Of a stretch of 64,000 nucleotides of DNA, positions 34,011 to 42,966 are shown piece after piece; within the stretch, counting starts at the first letter, position 1; every line of letters starts with the position of its first letter. A program made the position numbers and the translations under genes. The notes under the pieces are model-generated. The model ran no database searches. It was not told the origin of the DNA and was given only the letters and a program-made list of their open reading frames with translations. Where the stretch lies: IMG/VR virus record IMGVR_UViG_3300046808_001241, positions 1 through 64,000 of that record; one strand, written 5' to 3'.

Positions 34011-34804
34011 TGAACGTTTTTAAAGAGCTGTCTATATTCAACCGGATAACGTTTGTAGAAAAAACACATACTTATTTGTTGGATGGATTACCAACAAATA
34101 GCCCGTCGGTTACAAGACTATTAAAAAGATACAAGAAAGAATTCGAAAAAGACAAGATTGCTGCACGAGTAGCCAAAAAACAAAAAACTACAGTTGCTCA
34201 TATTTTGGCTGAGTGGGAAATGAATAATTTGTATTCCACTACGCTCGGTTCAATGTTGCACAAATACATTGAAAATTTTTACTGTAACAAAAGAATCGAA
34301 TTTGATGGCAATTTTGCTGGTCTAGGTTTTGATGAGAAAAAGAAAATATCTGAAACTCTTCCAAAATTGATTGAATACTTTCAGAATTTTTACAATGATA
34401 ACAAACATTTAGTCTGCGTAAAAAATGAAATGGTTCTAGGGGATATAGAAGATACCAAGGTATGTGGTATGATGGACATGCTTTGCTACAACACTCAGAC
34501 AGAGTGTTTGGAAATATTGGATTTCAAAACCAATAAAAAGATGGAAAAAACAAGTCCGTGGGGCAATCTTTTTTGTCCTTTTGATGATATGACTGAAGGA
34601 GAAATAAACGAATATACAATTCAGTTAAATTGTTACAAACATTTTTTAGAAAAGTACACATCTTGCAAGATTAACAAACTAAAGCTGGTTTGGTTTAACA
34701 TTAACAATCCAAACTATGAAGTAATTGAGCTTGGAGATCTGCAGCCAAAAATTAAACTGATGTTAGATCAATTCAAATCATCTTCTTTATTTGCAGGAGT
34801 GTAA
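34010..34804 (+). CDS. PD-(D/E)XK exonuclease
   Basis: PSVTRLL, GSMLH, CGMMD...ILDFKT, YTIQLNCY. Confidence 0.85.
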   Translation: MNVFKELSIFNRITFVEKTHTYLLDGLPTNSPSVTRLLKRYKKEFEKDKIAARVAKKQKTTVAHILAEWEMNNLYSTTLGSMLHKYIENFYCNKRIEFDGNFAGLGFDEKKKISETLPKLIEYFQNFYNDNKHLVCVKNEMVLGDIEDTKVCGMMDMLCYNTQTECLEILDFKTNKKMEKTSPWGNLFCPFDDMTEGEINEYTIQLNCYKHFLEKYTSCKINKLKLVWFNINNPNYEVIELGDLQPKIKLMLDQFKSSSLFAGV

Positions 34805-35135
34805 ACAAAGACAGTACATAAACTGGAGCTACAATAATTATTTCCCCACAAATAAAACCAGCCACCAAAGCTAGCCAAAAGTTTAAGCAAAACGGACAGC
34901 TAACTAACTTTAATAAAAATTTTAAAAATTTGTTTGTGTTTTTTAATGATTTTTTATACAAAAAGTCTGGAAGAAAATCGTTTTTATTTTCTGATATATG
35001 CGATGTATATTGCAGTCTTAGATTTTCCCAAATACCAAATAGCTGACTATAGTGAACAAACCAATCTGTACAAAACCAAATAATAGAAATCGCTGAAATC
35101 CAAAATGTAGAGTAAAAAATTTGTTCGATTAGCAT
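34773..35135 (-). CDS. membrane protein with CPFC motif
   Basis: LVSCPFCLNFW between hydrophobic segments; probable start a few codons inside. Confidence 0.65.
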   Translation of the reverse strand: MLIEQIFYSTFWISAISIIWFCTDWFVHYSQLFGIWENLRLQYTSHISENKNDFLPDFLYKKSLKNTNKFLKFLLKLVSCPFCLNFWLALVAGFICGEIIIVAPVYVLSLFTLLQIKKMI

Positions 35136-35153
35136 AAATAAGTATAACTAATT

Positions 35154-35549
35154 ATGAAATTTGATGATTTGTACAATAAGGTTTTTATTTGTGAGCAAGA
35201 CAATACAGAGGTTGCTGATCCTGCAGATTTTAACGACGTAGAACCAGCTCCACTTCCTGAACCAACTCCTGCTTTAGAGGCTCCTTCAGAGGAAACGCCA
35301 GCTCCTGTTGCAGCTGAGTCTGCTTCTTCTTTGACTGACTATATTACGCAAATCGAAGATTTTGCTAATAAGCTCAACGGCACAGACGGGTCATCCCTTC
35401 AATCATTAGTATCCAAACTTGATAGAGTTGAAACTCCTTTTGAAGGAATTTACGGACGTACGAGTTCTGAAATCGTTGATGCTGCAAAGACTCTTCGTTC
35501 GGTTTCTGAAAAGCTTAAGAATTTTATTATTCACGCTGCTAAAAAGTAA
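35154..35549 (+). CDS. putative late internal head protein
   Basis: TAAATA at 35135; MKFDDLYNKVFICE; acidic Pro/Ala linker. Confidence 0.7.
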   Translation: MKFDDLYNKVFICEQDNTEVADPADFNDVEPAPLPEPTPALEAPSEETPAPVAAESASSLTDYITQIEDFANKLNGTDGSSLQSLVSKLDRVETPFEGIYGRTSSEIVDAAKTLRSVSEKLKNFIIHAAKK

Positions 35550-35583
35550 TTTGAATTTTTCTTTTTAGTAGTATAATAAACTC

Positions 35584-36591
35584 GTGGAGCTAAACCAAGA
35601 GTTTTTAATCGAGACGTTTTATTCGTACTGTAGAAGACCGATACATAAAAAGTATCAAAACGTTTTTAATGCGGAATGTCCTGTATGCAAGGAGGGCAAA
35701 TCAGCCGGACGTACGAGAAGATTGTTTTACTTTCCACACAAGCAATATTTTTATTGTCACAATTGCGTAAAATCTTGGAGACCATTTGAGTGGGTTAAAG
35801 ACATAACCGGTTGGACGTTTCCTGAAATTGTTAGAAAGAACAACGAGAAAGAAGGACTAGTACAAACTAAAAAGCTTGTATATCCTATAGTGCAAGCTCA
35901 AAAGGTCATAGAAATACCAGATCTGCCTGAGAACTCGATCGATCTCACAGATAAAACTCAAATTGAGTATTACAATGACAACAAATTTGTTAAACTGGCT
36001 TTAAATTATTGTCAAAAAAGACGATTATGGACTGCTACTAATAGTTGCAAACGATTTTATTTGTCGCTAGAAGACAGAGTGCATAAAAATAGGTTGGTCA
36101 TACCATTTATTTCAGATAATGGTAAAACGAATTGTTACCAAACACGAGCATTGACAGAAAATCAGTTTCCAAAGTATTTGACAAAGTTTGGGGAAAAGGA
36201 AATGTTTGGAATCAATAATATCAATGAAGAAATTCCTTATGTGTTTATCTTCGAAGGTCCGATTGATTCAATGTTTGTAAAGAATGGGGTTGCAATGGCT
36301 TCTTTGGCTCCTACGGAGCATCAACTACAGCAACTAACCAACTTAATCGGATACGAACAAATTTGGGTGTTCGATAACGATAAAAATAATAAACAAACAT
36401 CAAGAAAGATCGAGAAATATATTAAAGAAGGCAAAAAAATATTTGTATGGCCTAAAGAATTTCAAAAATTTAAAGACTTTAATGAAATTTGCTGCAGCTT
36501 AGAACTCGATGAAATTCCTTGGAATTTTGTAGTAAAAAATTCAGCAGCAGGACAAGAAGCTCAGCTTAAACAAAAGTTATTGAGAGTTTAG
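35584..36591 (+). CDS. DNA primase (gp61-like)
   Basis: CPVC..CHNC zinc finger; EGPIDSMF TOPRIM; KDFNE. Confidence 0.92.
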   Translation: MELNQEFLIETFYSYCRRPIHKKYQNVFNAECPVCKEGKSAGRTRRLFYFPHKQYFYCHNCVKSWRPFEWVKDITGWTFPEIVRKNNEKEGLVQTKKLVYPIVQAQKVIEIPDLPENSIDLTDKTQIEYYNDNKFVKLALNYCQKRRLWTATNSCKRFYLSLEDRVHKNRLVIPFISDNGKTNCYQTRALTENQFPKYLTKFGEKEMFGINNINEEIPYVFIFEGPIDSMFVKNGVAMASLAPTEHQLQQLTNLIGYEQIWVFDNDKNNKQTSRKIEKYIKEGKKIFVWPKEFQKFKDFNEICCSLELDEIPWNFVVKNSAAGQEAQLKQKLLRV

Positions 36592-37952
36592 CGACCCATT
36601 GTGGGAACGCCTAAGCTGAGTCCTTTTGCAATTTGAGTTGCGCCGCTCAAACCTCCGCTTATTTTGTCCATCCAATCCACAGAACCTTCTTTTTGAATAT
36701 AATTTGCAAGATTCATTAGTTGATTATATAGATTAGCAACTTGAGGAATTTCGTTTTGATAATTTTTAAGACTGGCTAGATCATAAACGAATTGGCCTTC
36801 CTGTTTTTCGAAAGGTTTTAAATTTGTTTGTTTGTCGTCTGGGGTTTTAGATTTATTTTCTTCAGAAGATTGAGTTGAGCTCGATTGGGCTGAATCAGAG
36901 GTCACCACTCCAGGACCACTCGTAGCTGTAGTCCTGCTACCCGTAGAAGTATATGTAGTACGAGAAGTCGGTTTGATTTCATTCAGCATTTGTTTATTGA
37001 ACAATTCAAAGCTTTGATTAAAAGACGCGTTTTGTGGAGTAAGATTCTGAGGAGAGGTCTCTTCCGTTTTTTTATGAATCATCCAATCCATAGGTTTTGT
37101 AGGAACTAAGGCTCCACTTCCTAAAAATTCTGCATATGCTCTCCGTTCGTCTTTAAAGTTTGGTTTTTGCGTTTTTGAATCGATTCCTAAATTGTTTGTC
37201 GCTTGTTGTATAAACAATTCATGAGCAGCGTTGGAAATTTTAAGAAGATCTTCTACTGCTACATCGTTGTACAGAGCTTTAATTTTTTGATCGGGTAATG
37301 GTTTTTTCCCACTCAAATAAACCTGAGGATTGAAAAATATATCCTTAACAAAATTGTCAGCTGGCGGAATCTTATCCACAGGAATTTTTGGTTTAAGCGC
37401 TTGTTTTCTAATTGCAAGTAAGTACAAAACAACAGAATAAATGCTTAAGTTTGGATTAATAATATCAAGACGAGCTTTTCCTAAATCTTGGCGGGTGGAA
37501 GAATAATGTTCTTTTTTTACATCTTTGGCCCATACAGTTTTTGTTGGAAACTCCATAGGAATATCGCTAACGTTTGGATCTTTTAATTGTTTTATAAAGT
37601 TTTCTGTAATTGCTTTTGCATCTACTGGATTTCCCGAACCGCCTTTTTTGTATACCTGATACAACTGAGCGAACAAATCCAAAAGAGGATACACAGCAAT
37701 CAAATTTTGATAACGTTTGGGATCTTTTATAGACCGAGGAAAAGATGTTACTACTGTTTGGGCTATGTTGTTCAAATCTCCAATACTTGTAGGAAAAGGA
37801 AATAACTCTTTGTTTGCGTATTTTGTTTCATACGCAGCTTTTAGAGTAGAGTACACTTCAGGCGTTAAAAACCCAGCCATGCCTTTTTTGGTATCTTCGT
37901 CAGCGTCCTGCTCAAGCAAAAAGCTTTCAACCAATTCCTCAAACTTAATCAT
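36588..37952 (-). CDS. large putative late internal/virion protein
   Basis: TAAATA on the minus strand (37958-37963); MIKFEELVESFLLEQ. Confidence 0.75.
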   Translation of the reverse strand: MIKFEELVESFLLEQDADEDTKKGMAGFLTPEVYSTLKAAYETKYANKELFPFPTSIGDLNNIAQTVVTSFPRSIKDPKRYQNLIAVYPLLDLFAQLYQVYKKGGSGNPVDAKAITENFIKQLKDPNVSDIPMEFPTKTVWAKDVKKEHYSSTRQDLGKARLDIINPNLSIYSVVLYLLAIRKQALKPKIPVDKIPPADNFVKDIFFNPQVYLSGKKPLPDQKIKALYNDVAVEDLLKISNAAHELFIQQATNNLGIDSKTQKPNFKDERRAYAEFLGSGALVPTKPMDWMIHKKTEETSPQNLTPQNASFNQSFELFNKQMLNEIKPTSRTTYTSTGSRTTATSGPGVVTSDSAQSSSTQSSEENKSKTPDDKQTNLKPFEKQEGQFVYDLASLKNYQNEIPQVANLYNQLMNLANYIQKEGSVDWMDKISGGLSGATQIAKGLSLGVPTMGR

Positions 37953-37993
37953 TCAATTATTTATCATTAAATAGAGAAAAAGTCTTTGATTAG

Positions 37994-38001
37994 TATAAAT
38001 A
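37994..38001 (+). promoter_or_regulatory. T4-type late promoter TATAAATA
   Basis: exact T4 gp55 consensus. The core TAAATA also precedes genes at 8242, 12068, 12690, 13760, 14367, 15003, 25037, 29139, 35135 and 53899, and on the minus strand at 28975, 37958 and 42552. Confidence 0.8.
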
Positions 38002-38006
38002 ACACT

Positions 38007-38282
38007 ATGAAGAAATCTTTTGATCAATTGTTTAGTGAAATTGTTGGAGAAACACTCATGGCCCCAACACAACCCAACCAGCCACAACAAAATCAACCGG
38101 TTCCTACTGCTAACCAACAAGTTGGAGAGCTTCCTGATGAAATTGCTAAATTGTTCGTTGCTGCAAAGACTCCTCAAGAAGTAAATGCAGCATATGCTAA
38201 GCTTCAACAAATGAAACAGCAGCAACCTCAAGCCAATCAGCAAAACCAGCAGCAACAGAATGCAGTCAACAAACCAGCGTAA
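38007..38282 (+). CDS. Gln-rich putative internal head protein
   Basis: late promoter; MKKSFDQLFSEIVGE. Confidence 0.7.
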   Translation: MKKSFDQLFSEIVGETLMAPTQPNQPQQNQPVPTANQQVGELPDEIAKLFVAAKTPQEVNAAYAKLQQMKQQQPQANQQNQQQQNAVNKPA

Positions 38283-38880
38283 ACCTCAAAAAAGTAGGTG
38301 TATGTACTGTGGATCGGCTGACCACGGCAAAGGCTGTAGGTTTGGTCCACACGGGGTTCATTTTCATCCAGACGATTCCACAAAGTGTGGCTTTTGCGGT
38401 TCGACGAGTTACGGAAGAGGTTGTAGGTTGAATCCAACGTCTGATTTACATGTGCACGGTTCAAGCTTTAATTCTATGTACAAAGAGTCCGTGCAAAGCT
38501 TTTTAGATAATGAAATTCTTTTAAAAGAACTCAAAAAAGACTTCAGACAATTTCAATGTTATAAGCTTGGTATTATTGACAAAGACGGCAATAAAGTTAA
38601 AAATCCAATTACCGAACAAGAAAAACTTTCATTTACTCCGTTTGTAAAAACCGTTTTAAAGCTCAAAAAATATTTAGGTTCAAAACTTGATTTATTAGAA
38701 GCTCAAAACGACTTATCCCTTTCTTCATTGCAGCTAAACGAAAACATTGAACACTACAAAAAAGTTTTGGACTACCAAGACAAAGTAAAAACAATAGTTA
38801 ATGAACTGTATAAAACCTTAGATGAGGCAACGGAAGAAGGTCTTTGTTTAGAGGATATACAAAAATTATTAAAGGCTTGA
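38260..38880 (+). CDS. protein with two Cys/His zinc-binding repeats
   Basis: CxxCGS-x4-GxGC-x3-P...HxH twice, then KLGIIDKDG domain. Confidence 0.75.
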   Translation: MQSTNQRKPQKSRCMYCGSADHGKGCRFGPHGVHFHPDDSTKCGFCGSTSYGRGCRLNPTSDLHVHGSSFNSMYKESVQSFLDNEILLKELKKDFRQFQCYKLGIIDKDGNKVKNPITEQEKLSFTPFVKTVLKLKKYLGSKLDLLEAQNDLSLSSLQLNENIEHYKKVLDYQDKVKTIVNELYKTLDEATEEGLCLEDIQKLLKA

Positions 38881-38910
38881 CATGACACTGAAGTGTGGTA
38901 AACTTCTTTC

Positions 38911-39186
38911 ATGTCTAATATAAATGTAGCACTAACTGAAAAGGAACTTCAAACAGCAATTTCCGGATTGCTTTTTTCGTGTTCTGTAAATGTTGTATCA
39001 AATACAAACCTTGAGTATCAAACTGAACTTCTTCAACTTGCTAAAAAGTTGAAAGATCTAAAACCTGACATCAAACTTACTGAAATCCAATTCGTAAAAG
39101 AAGATGACTACGAGGATGAAACATCTCCGTTGATTTTGGAAGCATTTAAAAGTAATATTGAAATTACATCATTTGATTGCGTATGA
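38911..39186 (+). CDS. hypothetical protein
   Basis: 91 aa; TTGACA at 38877 upstream. Confidence 0.7.
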   Translation: MSNINVALTEKELQTAISGLLFSCSVNVVSNTNLEYQTELLQLAKKLKDLKPDIKLTEIQFVKEDDYEDETSPLILEAFKSNIEITSFDCV

Positions 39187-39617
39187 GTTATGTTTCTACA
39201 AAAATTATTGAATTAGGTTCTTGTGCTTTTCGTCAATGGCGAGCTGAGGATACCCACTGCAAGTACGTACATGGGTACCAGCTAAAAGCTAAATTTTGGT
39301 TTGAAGGAGAGCTGGACGAACGAAATTGGGTTGTTAATTTTGGAGGATTGAAAGAACTTAAATACCAACTCCAACAGCAATTTGACCATACTCTGTGTAT
39401 AGCTGTTGATGATCCTTTGGTGTCATTATTTCAACAGTTGCATGAAGCTGGAGGTTGTGATCTTCGAATCATGGGAGATGTTGGTATAGAAAAAACAGCA
39501 GAATGGTGTTTTAAGAAAGCAAACAATTACGTTAAAAACCAGACTGACGGACGTTGCAAAGTGACCAAAGTAGAAGTTTGGGAACACGATTTGAATAGTG
39601 CAATTTATACAGAATAA
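39183..39617 (+). CDS. queD: 6-carboxy-5,6,7,8-tetrahydropterin synthase
   Basis: HCKYVHGY, FDHTLC, TAE, VEVWE. Confidence 0.9.
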   Translation: MSYVSTKIIELGSCAFRQWRAEDTHCKYVHGYQLKAKFWFEGELDERNWVVNFGGLKELKYQLQQQFDHTLCIAVDDPLVSLFQQLHEAGGCDLRIMGDVGIEKTAEWCFKKANNYVKNQTDGRCKVTKVEVWEHDLNSAIYTE

Positions 39618-39621
39618 CATT

Positions 39622-40380
39622 ATGATTGATATTAATACAGAAACATTGTTCTTATCTGATGATAAGATTTTTTATACAGTAGAAGGAGAAGGGGAATATG
39701 TTGGACAGCCTTCTGTCTTTATGCGTATGTCTATGTGTAACCTTACCTGTAAAGGATTTGCTTCAGCTGATAGTCCAAATGGATGTGATTCATTTATTTC
39801 TTGGTCGATTAAAAATAAAATGACCTTTAAAGAAATTTTCGAAATGATGGAAGAAAAAAATTATGTAGAGCATCTTCGAAATAGAGCTATTTTTAAATTA
39901 ACAGGAGGGGAACCTTTCATTCAGCAGAAACAGCTTCTTAAGTTTATGGAGGCTTTTAATGAGCGTTATAATTTTAATCCTCGAATTGATTTTGAGACAA
40001 ACGCCACTTTGATTCCTGACGAGCGCTGGGTGACTGATTTTTGTGCTACCTTCACTACCTCTCCAAAGTTAACAACAAACGGAGATCCAGAAGAAAGGAC
40101 ATACAAGCCAGATGTTTTGAGATGGCACGTGGACCACAAATCTGGTTTTAAATTTGTTATTAATTCTGACAGAGATATTGAAGAAATTTGGAGAAAGTAT
40201 ATTGATGATCACGAAGGAATTAACGTGCCTCTCCAACGAGTCTGGTTTATGCCTTGTTGTGGATCTAGACAAGAACATATTGAGCGAGCTCAAGCTGTTG
40301 TAGAATATGCAAAAGCAATGCATGTAAATTTTAGTCCGAGATTACACTTGCTGGTGTTTGATATGGCACTTAAAGTTTGA
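39622..40380 (+). CDS. queE: 7-carboxy-7-deazaguanine synthase (radical SAM)
   Basis: YTVEGEG, CNLTC...CDS, TGGEP, ETN, TSPK, SPRLH. Confidence 0.9.
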   Translation: MIDINTETLFLSDDKIFYTVEGEGEYVGQPSVFMRMSMCNLTCKGFASADSPNGCDSFISWSIKNKMTFKEIFEMMEEKNYVEHLRNRAIFKLTGGEPFIQQKQLLKFMEAFNERYNFNPRIDFETNATLIPDERWVTDFCATFTTSPKLTTNGDPEERTYKPDVLRWHVDHKSGFKFVINSDRDIEEIWRKYIDDHEGINVPLQRVWFMPCCGSRQEHIERAQAVVEYAKAMHVNFSPRLHLLVFDMALKV

Positions 40381-40410
40381 TTTATTTTGAAACAACTTTA
40401 ATTAAACTTC

Positions 40411-41082
40411 ATGCGTATTGCACTAATAGGAGCTCACAGTGTAGGAAAATCTACTTTAGTTGAACAATTTCTTAAAGAGTGGCCAATGTATAAAAGGCCG
40501 GAAAAGACTTATAGAGATATCATTAAGGAAAAAAACCTTAATATCAATATGCAAGGAGACAAAGAGTCTCAAAGAGCAATTCTTAATGCGTTAGTTGATG
40601 AAGTCCAGCTTGCAAGTACTTCGGATGACAAACATATTATTTTTGATAGATGTCCGGTAGATAATATGGCTTACACTCTTTGGCACTATGCAAAAGATAC
40701 AGAAGGATTTACTTCAGAGTTTGTAATGACATGTAAAGATATTGCTGCTCTTTCATTAAAACATATTGATCTTATTTTTTACGTTCCAGCTCGAAAGGAA
40801 ATTCCTCTTACTCCAAGAGAAGGACGAGAAACAGACGAAGTTTTTAGGGAAGAGATCGACAATATTTTTGATTCGCTAGTCAATTCTTATGAAAAGAACA
40901 CAGGAGCATTTTTCCCTTCAGAAGACTGTCCTGCTGTTATTCGTCTGGAGGGTCCTCCAGACATGCGTATCCCTCAAATTAAGCTGTATATTAAAGAAAA
41001 CGGTAATTACTTTGGAGAAGAAGACGGCTCTTTAATTGATGCTTCTAAGGTAGTGTTGGACGGAGAACAACAGCCGTTTTAA
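40411..41082 (+). CDS. P-loop nucleotide kinase (dNMP kinase / AAA_28-like)
   Basis: GAHSVGKST, FDRCPVD. Confidence 0.8.
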   Translation: MRIALIGAHSVGKSTLVEQFLKEWPMYKRPEKTYRDIIKEKNLNINMQGDKESQRAILNALVDEVQLASTSDDKHIIFDRCPVDNMAYTLWHYAKDTEGFTSEFVMTCKDIAALSLKHIDLIFYVPARKEIPLTPREGRETDEVFREEIDNIFDSLVNSYEKNTGAFFPSEDCPAVIRLEGPPDMRIPQIKLYIKENGNYFGEEDGSLIDASKVVLDGEQQPF

Positions 41083-41090
41083 ACGTGTGA

Positions 41091-41501
41091 ATAAGAAGCG
41101 AAATAGATTTTAGTGAAGCTCCGTTTTGCGCTATTGGAAAATCTACTATTTGTGACGGACAAGGATTATTTGCTCTAAAACGATTTGAAATAGGAGATAT
41201 AATAGCTGATTATAACATTAGCTCTAACAAGTGGATTGAATGTGATTTTAAACGTATACCAAAAGAATATAAAGAATCTTGTTGGTGGGTAGGCAAAACA
41301 ACTGAAGTTTGTTTACTAGCTTTACCAGAAAGTCTTTTTATGAGGGCAAATCACAGTAGTGACCCAAATACAGATTGGTATCCTGAACAAAAAGTATTGA
41401 GGGCAAACTCCGTTATTCTTCCTGGGGAAGAAATTACATACGAATATACAAAAGAAGTAGCTCCTTCTTATATAAAAGAATGCCCTCCTAGTTGGATTTA
41501 A
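41091..41501 (+). CDS. SET-domain lysine methyltransferase-like protein (missed by ORF track; start atypical)
   Basis: open frame IGKSTICDGQGLFALKRFEIGDIIADY...RANHSSDPN...LPGEEITYEY; an in-frame GTG at 41085 is followed directly by TGA. Confidence 0.8.
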   Translation: MRSEIDFSEAPFCAIGKSTICDGQGLFALKRFEIGDIIADYNISSNKWIECDFKRIPKEYKESCWWVGKTTEVCLLALPESLFMRANHSSDPNTDWYPEQKVLRANSVILPGEEITYEYTKEVAPSYIKECPPSWI

Positions 41502-41907
41502 GCTTTATCTTACTTGAAAATTCGTTAAACTTTCTTTGAGGCTTCTGTTGTTTTAAACTATTTTCAGCAGCACTCTCTAAGTCTGGAGAAGTCAAATCAA
41601 ACTTACCGCAATAAGGTATTGGAAGCTGGTTCATCATTCCATCAAAATAATTGTCTATAAAGTTGCTTATTTTTTGAGTGATGGCCTTCTTTGATATGCA
41701 CATCACTTTCGGAAAAGCGCTCTGTGTACTTTTATAAGTGGCTTCTATACTTTTGAAGCAAAATCCTAACAAAATGCGTCTTCCGTCTGCACTATTAAGT
41801 CTGATGTTGTTTTTGTTAGCAAAATCAGTCGCAGCTCTTAATCCTTTTTCGAAAGAAGGATATGCATCAATAACACAAATTCGGGACTTAGGAAAGGTTT
41901 TTGTCAT
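41488..41907 (-). CDS. hypothetical protein
   Basis: 139 aa, overlaps the denA-like stop. Confidence 0.7.
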   Translation of the reverse strand: MTKTFPKSRICVIDAYPSFEKGLRAATDFANKNNIRLNSADGRRILLGFCFKSIEATYKSTQSAFPKVMCISKKAITQKISNFIDNYFDGMMNQLPIPYCGKFDLTSPDLESAAENSLKQQKPQRKFNEFSSKIKLKSN

Positions 41908-42317
41908 TTTAGGAAATTTTTAGGTGGCTTACCGATACGAACATTTATTATGCCATTGTAGAATTGTTCATTCAAGAGCACGTCATATTCCAGCTGTTTC
42001 TTTATTTCTTTATACCCCAATTCCCATTTTGATCCACCCCATTCTAAAATTTCAAAAGTAAAGTTTTCCTTGCCATGCTTTGCAATGTCTTCATTCAACT
42101 CTTTTGATGAGCCGGTATAGGTCTTCCAATCGCTTTCTTTATGGTCTATGCGGTTTCTTGTCTTTCCTTTTAATGGTTTTCGTTTGACTCGAGAAACACA
42201 TTGCTTTTTTCCAATATACTGGCGACCGTTAACATTATTGGTAATCATGTAAATGAAACCAAAAGGATTTTCGGTTGTATAAAGACTTTCCTTGATTGTC
42301 CAGTGACCGAGATCCAT
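41904..42317 (-). CDS. denA: GIY-YIG endonuclease II-like
   Basis: GFIYMITN...RQYIGKK, ESDW.TYTGSS; 137 aa, the size of T4 EndoII. Confidence 0.8.
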   Translation of the reverse strand: MDLGHWTIKESLYTTENPFGFIYMITNNVNGRQYIGKKQCVSRVKRKPLKGKTRNRIDHKESDWKTYTGSSKELNEDIAKHGKENFTFEILEWGGSKWELGYKEIKKQLEYDVLLNEQFYNGIINVRIGKPPKNFLK

Positions 42318-42318
42318 T

Positions 42319-42546
42319 TTAAGACTTTTTCTTTTTTCTAGTTTTTTTCTTTTTGGGCTTGCGCATTCCAGACCGAGTCATAACTCCCTTGTAACTTCCG
42401 TACAAGTTACGTGCATCTCCAGGAGCATAATTGTCTCCACTGAATGCTGTAGCTGTTGCTCCAACATTTGGTCCAAAGGCAGATCCTTCTCCTCCAGACA
42501 TTACGTCTTCAACAAGGACTTCTTCTACAATTTTTTGAAATTCCAT
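42319..42546 (-). CDS. small late protein with basic tail
   Basis: TAAATA on the minus strand (42552-42557); MEFQKIVEEVLVED; KKKK tail. Confidence 0.75.
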   Translation of the reverse strand: MEFQKIVEEVLVEDVMSGGEGSAFGPNVGATATAFSGDNYAPGDARNLYGSYKGVMTRSGMRKPKKKKTRKKKKS

Positions 42547-42597
42547 AATAGTATTTAAGAAAATTTGTTGACATTAATACTAAGTAAACGACATTGA

Positions 42598-42950
42598 TGC
42601 ATCGTCTGTTAGCCCTAGCCAAAGCGTTATAGCAGGTCTCAGTAGTGAGATAAACAACAAGGATCAGCGATTAATAAATTAAAAACACATCTCGAAGTGC
42701 GCTATTGCGTGACCGTTGTTTAGCATTTTTTGCTAGGACCACTCAAGCCAGCCCTTATAGGACAACCGAGGGGGCATATTAATCATGGGATTTTTTGAAG
42801 CTTGTTACAACCCGACTGAGACTCGTTTTATACGGAGTATTAAAGAAAGGGAGGTTTTCCCAATAATGGGGGACCTCCCCTCCTTCGATCTGAATTGCCG
42901 GAATATTAAAGATACTTTAAAAGGGGCGGGAGTAGATTTTTTAATTTTTT
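42598..42950 (+). ncRNA. candidate structured ncRNA or origin upstream of uvsY
   Basis: TTGACA at 42568; several hairpins including GGGAGGT...ACCTCCC (42849-42879); no convincing ORF. Confidence 0.4.
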
Positions 42951-42966
42951 GTTTTATTGTTAATTT

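Noticed and set aside
41904-42317. Mobile Seg-type homing endonuclease
   Set aside because: At 137 aa it lacks the C-terminal DNA-binding repeats of Seg enzymes and fits EndoII/DenA better. Not fully excluded.
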